Of a DNA stretch of 43,623 nt, positions 1 through 6,759 are shown in pieces. Each line of letters starts with the position of its first letter. The stretch's first letter is position 1. The DNA comes from a virus. Taxonomy: Duplodnaviria; Caudoviricetes. A model generated the notes under the pieces. That model searched no databases and was not told where the DNA came from. It saw only the letters and a program-made list of their open reading frames with translations. The translations under genes were made by a program, and so were the position numbers. The stretch lies in IMG/VR virus record IMGVR_UViG_3300044477_000056, positions 1-43,623 of that record, one strand, 5' to 3'.

Positions 1-76
1 TCCCCAGCGGCGTCCCCAGCGTCCCCAGCGGCGTCCCTAGCGGCGGCCCAAGCGGCGTCCCCAGCGGCGGCCCCAG
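1..76. repeat. Terminal direct repeat (assembly circularisation overlap), identical to 43548-43623
   Basis: Base-by-base identity of the first and last 76 nt. Confidence 0.9.
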
Positions 77-247
77 CGTCCCCAGCGGCGGCCCTAGCGG
101 CGGCCCTAGCGGCGGCCCAAGCGGCGTCCCCAGCGGCGGCCCCAGCGTCCCCAGCGGCGGCCCTAGCGGCGGCCCAAGCGGCGTCCCCAGCGGCGTCCCC
201 AGCGGCGGCCCCAGCGGCGTCCCCAGCGGCGTCCCAAGCGGCGGCCC
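1..247. repeat. 12-bp (some 9-bp) tandem repeat GCCGCT[TGA]GGG[AC]C on the minus strand
   Basis: Directly visible; encodes AA[W/G/R][D/A]. Confidence 0.95.
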
Positions 248-557
248 TCTCTTCTGTTGTCGCGCTCCCCTCCGCAAAACTTTCAGCTACTTCAACGGCT
301 TTGCGGCTTCGCTCGTCGGTGAGCAAAGCCCACACCACGCGCCCATCAGCCAGCGGCGTTTTCCGTACACACGCACAGGCATACAGCCTCAGCTTGCGGT
401 CGTCGTTAAAGCCGATATTCCGTAACGCCCACAACATCCAGTCAGAGCGCTGGCAGTTTTCCCACGCCTCGCGGAATGATGGCTGATCTTTCATCCATGT
501 AAACGCCTCACCGCAAGGGTCGAGGCGTTTCAGCAACGTTATTTCTTTTTTATTCAT
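1..557 (-). CDS. 5' part of an Ala-rich AAWDA-repeat protein (about 289 aa); continues across the ends into 43547..43235
   Basis: ATG at 557 overlaps the upstream stop; reads MNKKEITLLKRLDPCGEAFTW...RSDWMLW...LRLYACACVR...LLTDERSRKAVEVAESFAEG then repeats; 557+313=870 nt, in frame. Confidence 0.88.
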   Translation of the reverse strand, partial: MNKKEITLLKRLDPCGEAFTWMKDQPSFREAWENCQRSDWMLWALRNIGFNDDRKLRLYACACVRKTPLADGRVVWALLTDERSRKAVEVAESFAEGSATTEERAAAWDAAGDAAGAAAGDAAGDAAWAAARAAAGDAGAAAGDAAWAAARAAARAAAGDAGAAAGDAAWAAARDAAGDAGDAAG

Positions 558-760
558 TTTGCACCTTCCTTCACCGCGCCCGTTAGGTACGCTTTCTTTG
601 CCGTGGCCTTCCAGCCCTTGTTCACCGCTTCAAATTCGTTGACAGCGCGTGTTTTCGCTTCAGCCATTTTGCGGCCTGATTGCGTCGGCCAGGTGGTAGA
701 GTAGCGTTCATCGGAGGGGGAAATGGCCGATATTTCGACAGACCAGTGGTAAAGCTTCAT
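554..760 (-). CDS. Hypothetical protein (68 aa, MKLYHWSVEIS...)
   Basis: ATGA overlaps at both ends; start revised from the ORF track. Confidence 0.7.
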   Translation of the reverse strand: MKLYHWSVEISAISPSDERYSTTWPTQSGRKMAEAKTRAVNEFEAVNKGWKATAKKAYLTGAVKEGAK

Positions 761-927
761 TTCCCGCCCTCCAGCTTGTTGATCTTTTCCACGTTTTCCT
801 CGTTCGGCGACCTTACCCCTTGGCACCACGAAGCCGCCGTACTGAGTGATACGCCGACAGCCTGCGCAAATTCGCGCTGAGTCATGCCCAGCTTTGCGAT
901 AATGGCGCGTACTTTGTTTTGATCCAT
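757..927 (-). CDS. Cro-like XRE helix-turn-helix regulator (56 aa)
   Basis: LGMTQREFAQAVGVSLSTAASWCQGVRSP is an HTH_3 signature; GGAGG RBS; first gene after a consensus promoter. Confidence 0.88.
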   Translation of the reverse strand: MDQNKVRAIIAKLGMTQREFAQAVGVSLSTAASWCQGVRSPNEENVEKINKLEGGK

Positions 928-945
928 GGTTTCCTCCATGGGTAT

Positions 946-974
946 ATAATACATACATACATATTTACTGTCAA
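946..974 (-). promoter_or_regulatory. Sigma70-type early promoter
   Basis: TTGACA-N17-TATTAT upstream of the cro-like gene. Confidence 0.8.
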
Positions 975-1031
975 TGGGGAAAGTGGGGAAACGTGACGAT
1001 TTTTTAATTATAAAGTATTTGTGTCGTGCTG

Positions 1032-1073
1032 AAAAATACCGCCGTAGGTCTTAAAAAGATGACGGCGGTTTAT
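1032..1073. terminator. Intrinsic terminator
   Basis: ACCGCCGT...ACGGCGGT stem with A/T tracts on both sides, after the methyltransferase operon. Confidence 0.65.
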
Positions 1074-1086
1074 TGGTCGGGGTGAG

Positions 1087-1278
1087 TTATAGCCCTAGCT
1101 CCTGCGGAATGGCGATGGATCGCGGCTCGTCAAATAGACGCGGCTGGCGGTAGGCTATCTCGATGCGCTCAAGGGCCAGGGCCCGGTACTGCGTCTGCGT
1201 TGCCCAGAACAGCGTGAAATAGCCCTGCGTCTCGCGGAGGGCGGAGAGTACGGCGGCTTCCTGGTCGAGGGGAGTCAT
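1087..1278 (-). CDS. Small hypothetical protein; C-terminus resembles a DNA methyltransferase tail
   Basis: ATGA-coupled to the methyltransferase; ends ERIEIAYRQPRLFDEP. Confidence 0.55.
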   Translation of the reverse strand: MTPLDQEAAVLSALRETQGYFTLFWATQTQYRALALERIEIAYRQPRLFDEPRSIAIPQELGL

Positions 1279-2081
1279 AGCTTGGCCTCTGCAAAAAGCC
1301 CTCTATCGATTCCCTTCATCCATAAGACTTCAATTCGCGGCCGCGCTCCATCCGCAAGTGCTTCCCTTTCTACCCTGTCCCATCCTGCGTACAGAAATTC
1401 ATAAAGCGGTGATGGGTAGCCGGATACAATCACGGATCCTTCAAGACCTTCCAAGAAAGACGCCAATTCTTCATGTTGTTCTTTTGTCATTTCATAGCGA
1501 TAATCTTTTCCGGCGTTGCGTGTTTCCGGTAGGTAAGGAGGATCTACATAGTGCAAAGTTTGCGGGGTGTCATGTGCGGCCATCACCTCTAAGGCGTTGC
1601 GGTTTTCAATCACTACACCCTGAAGCCTTTCAATTATGGCGACAAACTCTTCAGGGTAATGTTTCCAATCGTGCGCTGGCGTTGTGCCTGATCTGTTTGA
1701 ATTTGACCTAAATCCAGTCGCTTGATTGTGGGAATTTGAACCAAATCCCATAAACGAACGAACTACCGTGCGCCGTGCTTGCTCTATAGGGTTTTCGCAA
1801 AATTCATAGCTAAGCTCAAAATCATTCCTTGAAAACGGCGTAAGTTCAAGAATGTCCCTAAGTTTTTCGCCGGAGTCCCTCGCTACTCTAAACAGATTTA
1901 CAATTTCGCCGTCAAGATCGTTGTATACCTCGGCATAGCTTCGGGGCTTGCGAAGCAACACGGATCCGCCGCCGCCATACGGTTCGACATAGACCTTGTG
2001 CGCGGGAAAGTATGAAATAATCCACGGCGCTAGTATCCATTTCCCGCCGTGATAGCGAACGATTGGACGAGTCGGAGTCAT
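1275..2081 (-). CDS. DNA N6-adenine methyltransferase (D12/Dam-like family)
   Basis: RYHGGKW, YVEPYGGGGSV (motif I), EVYNDLD, YVDPPY (motif IV). Confidence 0.93.
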   Translation of the reverse strand: MTPTRPIVRYHGGKWILAPWIISYFPAHKVYVEPYGGGGSVLLRKPRSYAEVYNDLDGEIVNLFRVARDSGEKLRDILELTPFSRNDFELSYEFCENPIEQARRTVVRSFMGFGSNSHNQATGFRSNSNRSGTTPAHDWKHYPEEFVAIIERLQGVVIENRNALEVMAAHDTPQTLHYVDPPYLPETRNAGKDYRYEMTKEQHEELASFLEGLEGSVIVSGYPSPLYEFLYAGWDRVEREALADGARPRIEVLWMKGIDRGLFAEAKL

Positions 2082-2419
2082 CCTGCCCTCGCGTAGTGCA
2101 AGGCCATTTTCTTAACCGGCCTTTTTCTCTCCCGAAACAGCGCCTTATGTTCAGGGTGCTTTTCCTTGTACAGGTCACCGTAAAACCTTGTATACGAATT
2201 ATTTAAACCTCCCATGCGGGAAAAGAACGGACGCATCTCTGCGAATATATCGCGTGGGGAAATGTACTTCCTCCCCTGGTAAATGTGCGCTCTTACGGTT
2301 CGCTCAAAAACTTCGTACACAATGGGATGCGCTTTATGGTACGCGGCGAACTGCTGCGCGAGAGTGTCCATAGCTGGCGTGTCAACCAAGGGCAGTTCAG
2401 GTTCATATAGTTCGATCAC
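2078..2419 (-). CDS. Conserved phage protein of unknown function
   Basis: FAAYHKAHPIVYEVF...LNNSYTRFYG pattern; coupled ORF. Confidence 0.75.
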   Translation of the reverse strand: MIELYEPELPLVDTPAMDTLAQQFAAYHKAHPIVYEVFERTVRAHIYQGRKYISPRDIFAEMRPFFSRMGGLNNSYTRFYGDLYKEKHPEHKALFRERKRPVKKMALHYARAG

Positions 2420-2694
2420 CAGTGTTCTCCTTTGTCTTGATGCAAGCCCATCGTCTGCGGTTTGCGGAGCAAGGCGTGCGGTTCATTGCGTGGCGATTTT
2501 TCGGCTTTCGCCTTTTGTTCTTTCAAGATCAAATATTTGCGGCCAGCATAAACGAACGGCTTTCCGCTTTTCATTTTGAAATAAGCGGCGTCATAGTCTT
2601 TACGGCTTGTCTTTTCGCTTATGCCGATGGTGGCGAGGAAGTCCGATAGCGTGTCATAGTTTTCGCCATCGACGACGACAGGACGGCGCTTCAT
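2416..2694 (-). CDS. Hypothetical basic protein (92 aa, MKRRPVVVDG...)
   Basis: ATGA overlap with the upstream small ORF; start revised. Confidence 0.65.
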   Translation of the reverse strand: MKRRPVVVDGENYDTLSDFLATIGISEKTSRKDYDAAYFKMKSGKPFVYAGRKYLILKEQKAKAEKSPRNEPHALLRKPQTMGLHQDKGEHW

Positions 2695-2867
2695 TTGTTC
2701 CCGCCCTGAATTCGGCACAACCAGCATTGATAATGCCCATCGATAGGCTTGCAGGCCGCGCATTTTTCCTGCTGGCGTGAACTTGTCTCGTCGCACGGTG
2801 TCGGGTAGTTAAACCAGTCGTTGACGCGAGTGAACATTTTGACGATGCCGCGAAGTATCTTTACCAT
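2691..2867 (-). CDS. Small Cys-rich protein (58 aa, CxxC...CxxC), absent from the ORF track
   Basis: AAGGGGG RBS; MVKILRGIVKMF...CAACK...CWLCR; stop overlaps the next ATG. Confidence 0.6.
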   Translation of the reverse strand: MVKILRGIVKMFTRVNDWFNYPTPCDETSSRQQEKCAACKPIDGHYQCWLCRIQGGNK

Positions 2868-2881
2868 AGCCGCCCCCTTGC

Positions 2882-2916
2882 AAAAATATACCGGGGAGCG
2901 TGGTATTACTCCCCGG
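2882..2916 (-). terminator. Hairpin or terminator
   Basis: CCGGGGAG...CTCCCCGG followed by TATATTTTT. Confidence 0.5.
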
Positions 2917-3025
2917 CGTGCGATTCAGAACCCTGTAAAGATCTTGGCTTGCCGAATGGCTACCGTTACAGATTGTACAACAATAAACTTTCCACGCTAC
3001 GACTTGCCCCGCCCCAAGGCAGGTA

Positions 3026-3081
3026 TATGGGTGGCGTGAGTCGAACACGCATTTACCGATTGGCCTTGCGGCCTCACCCAT
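3026..3081 (-). ncRNA. tRNA-like mini RNA with no anticodon arm
   Basis: 7-bp acceptor stem ATGGGTG/CACCCAT directly stacked on a T-arm GCGTG-TTCGACT-CACGC; GCAA tetraloop hairpin; D-loop-like AATCGGTAA. Confidence 0.65.
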
Positions 3082-3118
3082 CCCAACTTCCCTAACGGTT
3101 ATGGGTCAACCGAAAGTG

Positions 3119-3310
3119 CTAAGGCCATGTCCGGCCCCGGAACGTATGGCGTCTTACCGCTTCACCGGGGTTAATCTGGCAGGATGCGCGGGCCTTAACC
3201 TCGCCCTGCAATTCGGTGACAGTCTCGATGCAGTCGGGAAGTAAATTGTCCTCATGCCCGATTCTGTCTATGGTGATAAGGGGAATGAAAAAGGCGATTG
3301 CCAGAATCAA
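3119..3310 (-). CDS. Small protein with hydrophobic N-terminus
   Basis: AAGGAGG RBS before a TTG start. Confidence 0.4.
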   Translation of the reverse strand: MILAIAFFIPLITIDRIGHEDNLLPDCIETVTELQGEVKARASCQINPGEAVRRHTFRGRTWP

Positions 3311-3374
3311 AGCGCCCTCCTTGTTTCTTTTTGGATTGCCCGCCAACCGCGCAAATTGAACAACGTAGCGGTTT

Positions 3375-3569
3375 TCATTCGTTATCCGTCACAACGGACG
3401 TCTTGCCCTTCTTCGACGCGCTGGCGAGGTCGCGGCCCATAAGCTGAATGGTCGCAAGGCGCTGATACTCGGAGAGCGCGGAAGGCACGTCGCCAAGGCG
3501 GGAAATGGCACACGCCTTGATGTCGGCGAGCGTAGTGGCGTCGTAGGATGATTTTACGGTGTGCCTCAT
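3375..3569 (-). CDS. Hypothetical protein
   Basis: ATGA-coupled in the operon. Confidence 0.55.
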   Translation of the reverse strand: MRHTVKSSYDATTLADIKACAISRLGDVPSALSEYQRLATIQLMGRDLASASKKGKTSVVTDNE

Positions 3570-3907
3570 TTGAAAATCTCTTGCATAAGGGCGTAGGTTT
3601 TTGGTGCGCTTTTTTCACAGTCGCGATCATCGAGCCATCCGGGAACTTCGGCCATAAAACAGGCTTCAAGCTCGTCCCATCGGTCGATAAGTTTTGCCCA
3701 TTCTCCGGAAACATTTTCCATTTCATGAAGGCGGGGGCGAATCTCGGGAACGGCGCGAATAAGTTTCAAACAACGGCAAAAATCAGCAGGGTCGTGTGGT
3801 CTGCTTGGTCCGTGTTTCCCTATCATTACCTTAGCGATAGCTTCTGAACTCGCCCCGACTTCACCCGTGCAAAACCAATCAAGAATCTTGTCATTTATGT
3901 CGCTCAT
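3566..3907 (-). CDS. Conserved phage protein of unknown function
   Basis: GEVGASSEAIA...PHDPADFCRCLKL...WDEL motifs; GGAGG RBS. Confidence 0.8.
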   Translation of the reverse strand: MSDINDKILDWFCTGEVGASSEAIAKVMIGKHGPSRPHDPADFCRCLKLIRAVPEIRPRLHEMENVSGEWAKLIDRWDELEACFMAEVPGWLDDRDCEKSAPKTYALMQEIFK

Positions 3908-4206
3908 ACCACCTCCCTTCTTATCGCTTCGATTAAATCTTCAACCCGGTAAGCAAGCACAAAAAGCCCGCCTTGCCGAATAATCTCGCGCTGAAATTCA
4001 ACTTGCTCCGGCGTCATCTTTCCCTTCCCCGCCTTGCACTCAATGGCAAGAAAACGACCACCGGGGAGGCAGGCGACAATATCGGACGAGCCAACAGATC
4101 CATAGGACACGCCACCACGCCGCCCTGTGTTATTGCGAATGTAGGGAATTTACCATAACCTCAATACGTCGATGCAAGCCTTTACGACTTCACCCTCTGG
4201 CATCAT
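3904..4206 (-). pseudogene. VRR-NUC (PD-(D/E)xK) nuclease with an in-frame TAA at 4150-4152
   Basis: MMPEGEVVKACIDVLRLW*IPYIRNNTG...GSSDIVAC...FLAIECK...TPEQVEF. Confidence 0.8.
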
Positions 4207-4388
4207 ACGCTAATGCCCCTTGGTACATATGGCGTATGCTGAATCTCCCCCGCTTTCGCAAGCCGCTGAACGATCTGAAACGCGTTATGTCGGGAGCATC
4301 CGAACTGTCGGGCAATCTCGCTTAAGGTGGGAGATTGCGGCTGTGCCTTGATAAAATCAAGGACTTGTTTTTGTCGGTCGGTAATCAT
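4203..4388 (-). CDS. LexA-like winged-HTH DNA-binding domain only (61 aa)
   Basis: TDRQKQVLDFIK...PTLSEIARQFG...LAKAGEIQH...PRGI matches the LexA N-domain; no peptidase domain. Confidence 0.85.
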   Translation of the reverse strand: MITDRQKQVLDFIKAQPQSPTLSEIARQFGCSRHNAFQIVQRLAKAGEIQHTPYVPRGISV

Positions 4389-4394
4389 AGAAGA

Positions 4395-4424
4395 AGTATA
4401 TTATCAGTTAACGTATACTGTCAA
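4395..4424 (-). promoter_or_regulatory. Promoter for a probably leaderless lexA-like transcript, overlapped by a CAGT-N8-ACTG palindrome (4405-4420)
   Basis: TTGACA-N18-TATACT, with 6 nt between the -10 box and the ATG; no SD. Confidence 0.65.
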
Positions 4425-4445
4425 GCATAAAAAGACGAATTATTT

Positions 4446-4489
4446 AAAAAAAGAAGCTCGGATCGTGAGGAGGAGGCACGTCCGGGCTT
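4446..4489 (-). terminator. Terminator of the late/lysis operon
   Basis: AAGCCCGGA-CGTG...CACG-A-TCCGAGCTT then CTTTTTTT. Confidence 0.7.
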
Positions 4490-4522
4490 ACTACGATCCG
4501 CGTAGTACGGTGGGGCGAATGG

Positions 4523-4705
4523 TTACACTGAGGGGTCGGGCGCGACGAACACGATGCCGAGGACGCTACACACGGCCCCGACGATCTGCACGCCGACGAT
4601 TACCCATTCAGGGGTCGCTGTAGTGACGAGGAGAACCACGCCGACGACAGCGGTCACGATTCCAGTAACGATAAGGCCAACGCCTTTCTTTTTTCTCGGT
4701 GTCAT
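4523..4705 (-). CDS. Small two-TM membrane protein (holin/antiholin-like)
   Basis: Basic N-terminus, two hydrophobic helices, GGAGG RBS, end of the lysis cassette. Confidence 0.7.
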   Translation of the reverse strand: MTPRKKKGVGLIVTGIVTAVVGVVLLVTTATPEWVIVGVQIVGAVCSVLGIVFVAPDPSV

Positions 4706-4744
4706 AAATTGCCTCCAAAATATGATAGCAAGGCATACGCCCTG

Positions 4745-4945
4745 TCATTTTACAATAGTGTCAACGCTCGCCGCCCATGCCTCCCATTTCTGGACAAGGG
4801 CTTCGTAGTAAAGCAGTATCTCGGCCATTGTCGCGCCCTCAGCGATAATCTCGCGGTGTGGTTTTTCGGGAAGCGTAACCTCAATGGGTTTTACCGTTGC
4901 GCAACCGAGCGTTATTGCCAGCAACAATATCAGCGACAACTTCAT
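4745..4945 (-). CDS. o-spanin-like lipoprotein (Rz1-like)
   Basis: MKLSLILLLAITLG-C lipobox; overlaps the 3' end of the preceding gene in another frame. Confidence 0.75.
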   Translation of the reverse strand: MKLSLILLLAITLGCATVKPIEVTLPEKPHREIIAEGATMAEILLYYEALVQKWEAWAASVDTIVK

Positions 4946-5165
4946 CAGCTTTGCCCGCTTCAATCTTTGCCTCCTGTTCTTTCTTCCACGCGGCGATAGT
5001 TTCATTATCAATAGCATTTTGCTTCAACGCCGCGACGTTTGCAAGTAGTTTCATTTTGTCGGCGGTGAGGTCGGAGAGTGCCTGCCGTGTCGAACGGCGA
5101 TCCATGATAAGAAACACGATGACGCCGAGTAGGGCGACGATGGCAATGATGAAATAAAGCGTCAT
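4881..5165 (-). CDS. i-spanin-like protein (Rz-like)
   Basis: N-terminal TM helix plus predicted coiled coil; followed by an overlapping lipoprotein. Confidence 0.75.
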   Translation of the reverse strand: MTLYFIIAIVALLGVIVFLIMDRRSTRQALSDLTADKMKLLANVAALKQNAIDNETIAAWKKEQEAKIEAGKADEVVADIVAGNNARLRNGKTH

Positions 5166-5398
5166 AGTTGCGCCTTCGGTTTCACCACGCTTTCAAGCAC
5201 GCCGACGCCCAAAAGCCCAGCGCCGACAATGACAAGCGTTTTCCCCGCGTCAAGCGCCGTTGCTGGATCTTTGACCACGATAAATATAGCCGCTACGCCT
5301 ATACCCATAAGCAGTATGCCGCCTGCGCTGATAAGGATAGCGCCAAAGGTACGCTTTGACGATTGCACGCCGGGAGATTCTTCGAGTAGCTTTGTCAT
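5162..5398 (-). CDS. Putative holin (2 TM)
   Basis: 78 aa, SSKR motif, two hydrophobic helices, AGGAGG RBS. Confidence 0.7.
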   Translation of the reverse strand: MTKLLEESPGVQSSKRTFGAILISAGGILLMGIGVAAIFIVVKDPATALDAGKTLVIVGAGLLGVGVLESVVKPKAQL

Positions 5399-5626
5399 TT
5401 TATCCTCCTGATCAAAATATTTGCAATAAAACGGAAAAACAACCGTTTATTGCGGTTCATCTTAGCCCCCAATCACGAAGTCTAAAAAAGTAAACGCGGA
5501 ACCTGTGTGGTAATTTGTACCCGGACGTAGTAAGCCAACAATGAAACCGACCGCCCTTAAAAAGTGGCAATAATTTCCACCCAATAATTGACGGAATATA
5601 TCGAATATATTTAATTATGCTATATT

Positions 5627-6019
5627 TTATACCAACCTCCTAAATATTCGCTTGAATACGCATTTACCGCGTAGCCGCGTCTGTGATTCGCCCAGCGTGT
5701 CGATCAGCACGCCGTCGCGGCGAAGCATGAAATGCTGATACTTCCATAGCCATTCTTCAACGCACACCTCAGCGTTTTTTGGCTCGTAGTCGGCGGGACA
5801 CTTTTCATATTCCCATGTTCCACCGGCGACCAACGCCATAAATTCAACATGGTGATAAACCAAAAATTCAGCGTCAAGGTAGCCAAGGCGTTGCCCTTCG
5901 TTGAGAAAATACACCGCCGTTTCGTCAGAACATCCTGGCCTACCGCCTTCGATGATACTTAGGGCGAAGCAGGCATTTTCCCCAACTTCTGAGAACCACG
6001 ATTGCACGGCTTTTTTCAT
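5627..6019 (-). CDS. DUF261-like Cys-His-Asp (papain/C39-like) protein, candidate endolysin
   Basis: ACFALS...QHFML...IDTLGESQT...KRIF pattern recalled from spirochaete DUF261 proteins; lysis-cassette position. Confidence 0.6.
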   Translation of the reverse strand: MKKAVQSWFSEVGENACFALSIIEGGRPGCSDETAVYFLNEGQRLGYLDAEFLVYHHVEFMALVAGGTWEYEKCPADYEPKNAEVCVEEWLWKYQHFMLRRDGVLIDTLGESQTRLRGKCVFKRIFRRLV

Positions 6020-6372
6020 TTTCCGCTCACATCGCCCACGGCCTCAGCGTGAAGAAACTCGTGGGCAATTTCGTTTGCGGTTTCAAGATGTTTCCCGCCA
6101 AGCGTGTTTTTATCCACGGCTTTCATGATATTGCCGTTTATTTTTCCGTCTTGAATAACGTTTAGAATAGTTTCGTTGACGCCAAGGATTGCGGCAAGGC
6201 AAAGCCCTTGTTTTTCAAGAACCTGAAAAATAGCGTACTCACCACGGCGCAACTGGCCGACATTGTTGGGTAAGCTGATACGGTGGCGAAGGTTGGCTAT
6301 TGCCCAAATAATGAATGCGGCAAATAGTGTACTGCCTCCGCCAATCAAAATTCCTTTGATGCTTTCGCTCAT
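6016..6372 (-). CDS. Single-TM membrane protein in the lysis region
   Basis: N-terminal TM helix, helical tail, GAGG RBS. Confidence 0.7.
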   Translation of the reverse strand: MSESIKGILIGGGSTLFAAFIIWAIANLRHRISLPNNVGQLRRGEYAIFQVLEKQGLCLAAILGVNETILNVIQDGKINGNIMKAVDKNTLGGKHLETANEIAHEFLHAEAVGDVSGK

Positions 6373-6388
6373 ACAAACCTCTTTTGCT

Positions 6389-6511
6389 CTACATTTTTAT
6401 AGTAATTTTAAACATATCACGGCGGCGCTTTATTGGGTTGTAGATGATCGCCCCGAGCGTGATCGGGATAACGGAGGCGAGAACAATCTGAATCACGTCA
6501 TAGCCTAGCAT
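6389..6511 (-). CDS. 40-aa single-TM peptide, absent from the ORF track
   Basis: AAGGGGAG RBS; MLGYDVIQIVLASVIPITLGAIIYNPIKRRR... Confidence 0.45.
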   Translation of the reverse strand: MLGYDVIQIVLASVIPITLGAIIYNPIKRRRDMFKITIKM

Positions 6512-6570
6512 ACTCTCCCCTTACTTTTTATTTTCCCACTCCGGCATACTGTCTCCGATGGCCTCGCGGC

Positions 6571-6759
6571 CTACGCTTCGACCTTCGGCACTATGCCAAG
6601 CTGTGCGTTGATCGCCGCCCAAATTTCCGGGCAGTACTCCGGGCAGGCGTGATAAGGCGATCCGTCTTTCAGGATGGTAAACGTCCCATCTTCCCGATAC
6701 GCGAGAATCACATAGCCGCCAATTTCGTTTGATTCGTCCATCATGATTTCCTCTGGCAT
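6571..6759 (-). CDS. Small tail-fibre assembly-like protein
   Basis: Immediately after the fibre gene; acidic, 62 aa. Confidence 0.55.
   Translation of the reverse strand: MPEEIMMDESNEIGGYVILAYREDGTFTILKDGSPYHACPEYCPEIWAAINAQLGIVPKVEA

Noticed and set aside
1-247. Terminal repeats as a CRISPR array or telomere
   Set aside because: No unique spacers and no cas genes; the units are in-frame codons of one ORF, and the 76-bp end identity fits an assembly overlap
3026-3081. Canonical tRNA gene or functional attP
   Set aside because: No anticodon arm or D-stem, and no integrase in the genome; kept only as a tRNA-like element
4150-4152. Stop-codon reassignment or alternative genetic code
   Set aside because: Only one interrupted gene; TAA, TAG and TGA all end coupled genes normally
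5588-5616. Antisense promoter TTGACG-N16/17-TTTAAT/TTAATT facing the DUF261-like gene
   Set aside because: Weak -10 box in AT-rich DNA; cannot be told apart from chance
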